Source: Thermoanaerobaculia bacterium
GTDB lineage: Bacteria; Acidobacteriota; Thermoanaerobaculia; Multivoradales; Multivoraceae
DNA length: 64,000 nt
Assembly (NCBI GenBank): GCA_963666565.1
Contig: OY762911.1
Location: 1,120,001 to 1,184,000 of the forward strand
Reading direction: 5' to 3'
A program made the translations under genes and the position numbers. Under the pieces are notes generated by a model, which had not been told where the DNA came from, ran no database searches, and saw only the letters and a program-made list of their open reading frames with translations. Of the stretch, positions 61,323 through 64,000 are shown piece by piece (position 1 is the stretch's first letter; every line of letters begins with the position of its first letter).

Positions 61323-62054
61323 TCAGACCGACGTGCGGAGATTCTCGTTGGCGGTGATCGTCGCTCCGCTCGCTTTGTAGCGCTCCCGGCGCTCCTTGCT
61401 GAAGCTGTCGACCTCGTCCTTCGGCACGCCGTAGGCCACTCCCCTGTCCACGCCGGGGCGCGCGCGAACGCGCTTCATCCAGTCCACGACGGCGGGCTGG
61501 GTCGTGATGTCGACCTTGGCCCACTTGTACGCCCGGATCCACGGGAACGCGGCGATGTCGGCAACGGTGAAGTCGTCCCCGCAGATGTAGGGGTGCTTCT
61601 CGAACCGGCGGCCGAGAATCGCCACCAGCCGGAGCGACTCCCTCCCGAACCGTTCCAGCGGGTGCGCCTTCTCCTCGTCGGGCACGTCGATGTAGCGCGT
61701 GTAGCTCACCATGTTGCCGAACGCCGGTCCCAGGTTGGCGGCCTGCCAGTAGAGCCACGGGAGCACGTTCCAGCGCCGCTCGTCCGTCGGCAAGAGCGAA
61801 GTCGGGTACCTCTCCCCGAGGTACTGCAGGATGGCGCAGCTCTCCATGACGGCGCGGCCGTCGTCCACCAGGGCCGGTTGCTTCTGGTTCGGGTTGACGG
61901 CGGTGAACTCGGGCGTGAACTGCTCGCCGGCCGAGAGGTCGACCATGTGGATGCGCGTCTCGGGCAGTTCGACTCCCGCTTCGCGTAGCTCCTCCAGCAT
62001 GATCGAGATCTTCCAGCCGTTGGGCGTCGCGCCCATGTAGACGTCAAGAGCCAT
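61323..62054 (-). CDS. Glutathione S-transferase (YfcG/YghU, Nu-class-like)
   Basis: 'TPNGWKISIMLEEL', 'NPNQKQPAL', 'ESCAILQYL', 'FTVADIAAFPW'. Confidence 0.9.
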   Translation of the reverse strand: MALDVYMGATPNGWKISIMLEELREAGVELPETRIHMVDLSAGEQFTPEFTAVNPNQKQPALVDDGRAVMESCAILQYLGERYPTSLLPTDERRWNVLPWLYWQAANLGPAFGNMVSYTRYIDVPDEEKAHPLERFGRESLRLVAILGRRFEKHPYICGDDFTVADIAAFPWIRAYKWAKVDITTQPAVVDWMKRVRARPGVDRGVAYGVPKDEVDSFSKERRERYKASGATITANENLRTSV

Positions 62055-62085
62055 GCCGCGTTTCCTCCTCCTCGATGCCGGCGAC

Positions 62086-62177
62086 GATCATCGGCGGTCC
62101 GATGACGTTGGCCTTGCCGTCGTCCAGGGTGACGAGCGCCACGTCGCCGACCTGTTAGTAGTGGTCCGTTCCGTCAT
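62086..62177 (-). pseudogene. Decayed 5' stub of an enoyl-CoA hydratase/crotonase
   Basis: ATG 'MTERT', frameshift and TAA, then 'QVGDVALVTLDDGKANVIGPPMI'. Confidence 0.55.
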
Positions 62178-62215
62178 GAGCCTCGGTTCCTTCGTCGTTT
62201 CGCTCGATTGGGTGC

Positions 62216-63412
62216 TCAGATCGTGCGCCCGACGATCCACGCGCCGGCGACGAAGGTAGCCAGCACGCTGCCCAGGTTGCACAGGACGACGACCAGGAGG
62301 ATGCGGGTGAGGCGATTGCTCCAGAAGCCGCGGACGGAACCGAGGCTGTCGGCGAGGTTCTCCATGTCCGCAACCAGGGGCTTCCGGAGCAGAGCCTGGA
62401 TGAGGCCCGCGACCCAGCCGGCCGCCATCAACGGGTTCAGGCTGGTCAGGGGCGCGGCGGCGAAGGCGGTGAGGATCGTGACCGGATGGGCGAGGGCGAT
62501 GGCGGCGCCGAGGGCGGCGAGGCCGCCGTTCAGCGCGACCCAGATGTACACCGATTCGACGGTGCGCTCCCGGTCGCCCCAGACGAGACCGTAGGCGAAG
62601 AGGGCGACGATGAGGATCGGCGCCAGCCAGGCGACGACGCGCGGCCACACGGGCGGGTCCGGCACCTGTTCGAGTTCCTTGAGGTTGCACGAGGAGTCGG
62701 CGAGGCCGGAGATGCCCGGCAGGTGCCCGGCGCCGACCACGGCGACCGTCCGCGGGCCGGCGGACTGGCGCAGCTTCTCGGCCATGTAGGCGTCGCGCTC
62801 GTCGATCAGCGTGCCCTTGACGGTGGGCAGCGCCTCGGCCAGGGCGCTCATCAGGTCGCTCAGGTTGCCGCTGTCGCGCAGCTTCTCGATGTCCTCTTCG
62901 TCGAGGTCGTCGCCGACGAAGACGCTGCCGGTCAACTGGGTCATCACCTTCATCCGCTGCCAGAAGCCGAGCGACGACCAGGTCCGCTTGAGCGAGATCT
63001 GGATGTCGCGGTCGATCAGCTCCAGCCGGGCGCCGCGGTCCCTCGCCTGGGCGATGGCCGCCCGCATCTCGGCGCCGGGTTCGATGCCGAAGCGCTGCGC
63101 GATGCGGCGCTGGAAGGAGTGCATGAGGAAGGAGCTCAGCAGGAGCGCCGCCTTGCCCTCGCGCAGGACCTGGAAGATGTCGAGATTGCGCCAGGACTCC
63201 TGGTTCTCCAGGTTCTGGTAGCGCGCCTCGCAGAGCTCGACGCAGACGGTGTCGGGCTCGACCGCTTCGATCGTCTCGTTCGTGTCGCGGACGCTCTGGG
63301 GCGAGACGTGGGCGGTGCCGACCAGGAAGACCTCGCGGTCGTCGAGGGCGATCTGCCGCACGGAGGCGGGCAGGTCTGGACGCGGCGGCTGGCTCGCGGT
63401 TTCGACGGTCAT
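62216..63412 (-). CDS. TraB/GumN (pheromone-shutdown-like) family protein
   Basis: 'LVGTAHVS', 'VCVELC..RY', 'PGAEM', 'LIDERD', 'VVGAGH'; C-terminal TMs. Confidence 0.9.
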   Translation of the reverse strand: MTVETASQPPRPDLPASVRQIALDDREVFLVGTAHVSPQSVRDTNETIEAVEPDTVCVELCEARYQNLENQESWRNLDIFQVLREGKAALLLSSFLMHSFQRRIAQRFGIEPGAEMRAAIAQARDRGARLELIDRDIQISLKRTWSSLGFWQRMKVMTQLTGSVFVGDDLDEEDIEKLRDSGNLSDLMSALAEALPTVKGTLIDERDAYMAEKLRQSAGPRTVAVVGAGHLPGISGLADSSCNLKELEQVPDPPVWPRVVAWLAPILIVALFAYGLVWGDRERTVESVYIWVALNGGLAALGAAIALAHPVTILTAFAAAPLTSLNPLMAAGWVAGLIQALLRKPLVADMENLADSLGSVRGFWSNRLTRILLVVVLCNLGSVLATFVAGAWIVGRTI

Positions 63413-63474
63413 GGCAGCGCGGAAGCGTAGCCCACGCGGCAGCCGTTAGGGACGGCCTTCGGTACGCTCTCGGC

Positions 63475-64000
63475 GTGCGCGGTGGATGGAGGCAAGGCGG
63501 GAGATGGTCGCAGGTCTGGAACGGTAGCCTCCTGGCCGCCTTCGGCGGCAGCGGGTCAGAGGACCCGCGCACCCGGCGGAACGGTGGCCGCGCTCGGCGC
63601 CGTCCGCGAACCGGGCGGAACGTTCGTCGCCGGCCACTCGCGGCCCTGGCGGCGGCCGCGGCGTTCGCACTGGCCTGCGGAGCGCCCGACCCCGGACCGC
63701 CGAACGTCGTCCTGATCCTCGCGGACGATCTGGGCTACGGCGACGTCGGCGTCTACGGCAGCGAGATCATCTCGACGCCGCACATCGACGCGCTGGCGGC
63801 GAGCGGCGTGCTCTTCACCGCCGGCTACGTCAGCCACCCGGTGTGCAGCCCGTCGCGGGCCGGCCTGATCACCGGCCGCTACCAGCAGCGCCACGGCTGG
63901 GAGTTCAACCCGGCAGGCCGCGACGTGGCGGCCGGCATGAGCGTCGACGAGACGACGATCGCCGACCGGATGAAGGCGCTCGGCTACCGCACCGGCATGG
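63475..64000 (+). CDS. Sulfatase lipoprotein, 3' truncated by window edge (absent from the ORF track)
   Basis: GTG 63475 lies 6 nt after TACGCT; lipobox 'ALAC'; 'PNVVLILADDLGYGD', 'CSPSRAGLITGRY'. Confidence 0.85.
   Translation, partial: MRGGWRQGGRWSQVWNGSLLAAFGGSGSEDPRTRRNGGRARRRPRTGRNVRRRPLAALAAAAAFALACGAPDPGPPNVVLILADDLGYGDVGVYGSEIISTPHIDALAASGVLFTAGYVSHPVCSPSRAGLITGRYQQRHGWEFNPAGRDVAAGMSVDETTIADRMKALGYRTGM
63534..63576 (-). repeat. REP-like right arm inside the sulfatase signal-peptide n-region
   Basis: GGCCGCCTTCGGCGGCAGCGGGTCAGAGGACCCGCGCACCCGG, read as [14 protein letters not shown]. Confidence 0.85.

Overview
High-GC bacterial window, probably Acidobacteriota (inferred from the VWA/TPR/CRTAC1 cluster, the split atpF'FHAGDC operon and AtpD 'QMTEPPG'). 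Housekeeping content: amidase-GerMN-murI-rph-mpl, the ATP synthase operon and tRNA-Glu/Ser/Gln. Accessory content: an RND cassette, TA modules, ABC-type ATPase/DUF4276 genes, duplicated outer-membrane barrels and catabolic enzymes. Main highlights: (1) a NYN nuclease gene with TTGACA-17-TAGCCT promoter, a ~55-nt hairpin RNA and a U7 terminator ending 9 nt before its ATG, a type III toxin-antitoxin-like layout (candidate new RNA-antitoxin or attenuation system); (2) about 40 copies (hand count) of a REP-like palindrome, CTGGGTGCGCGGGTCTTCYGACCCGC, which forms ~143-bp composite elements, amplifies in tandem and sits in frame inside proteins (MurI, GerMN, an MFS loop, several signal-peptide n-regions); (3) two peroxiredoxin-like genes split by in-frame TGA (UxxC and UGC) with SECIS-like hairpins of identical geometry; (4) an RND cassette bracketed by 96-bp direct repeats that include the tRNA-Ser promoter. 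All calls come from reading motifs by eye; no searches were run.
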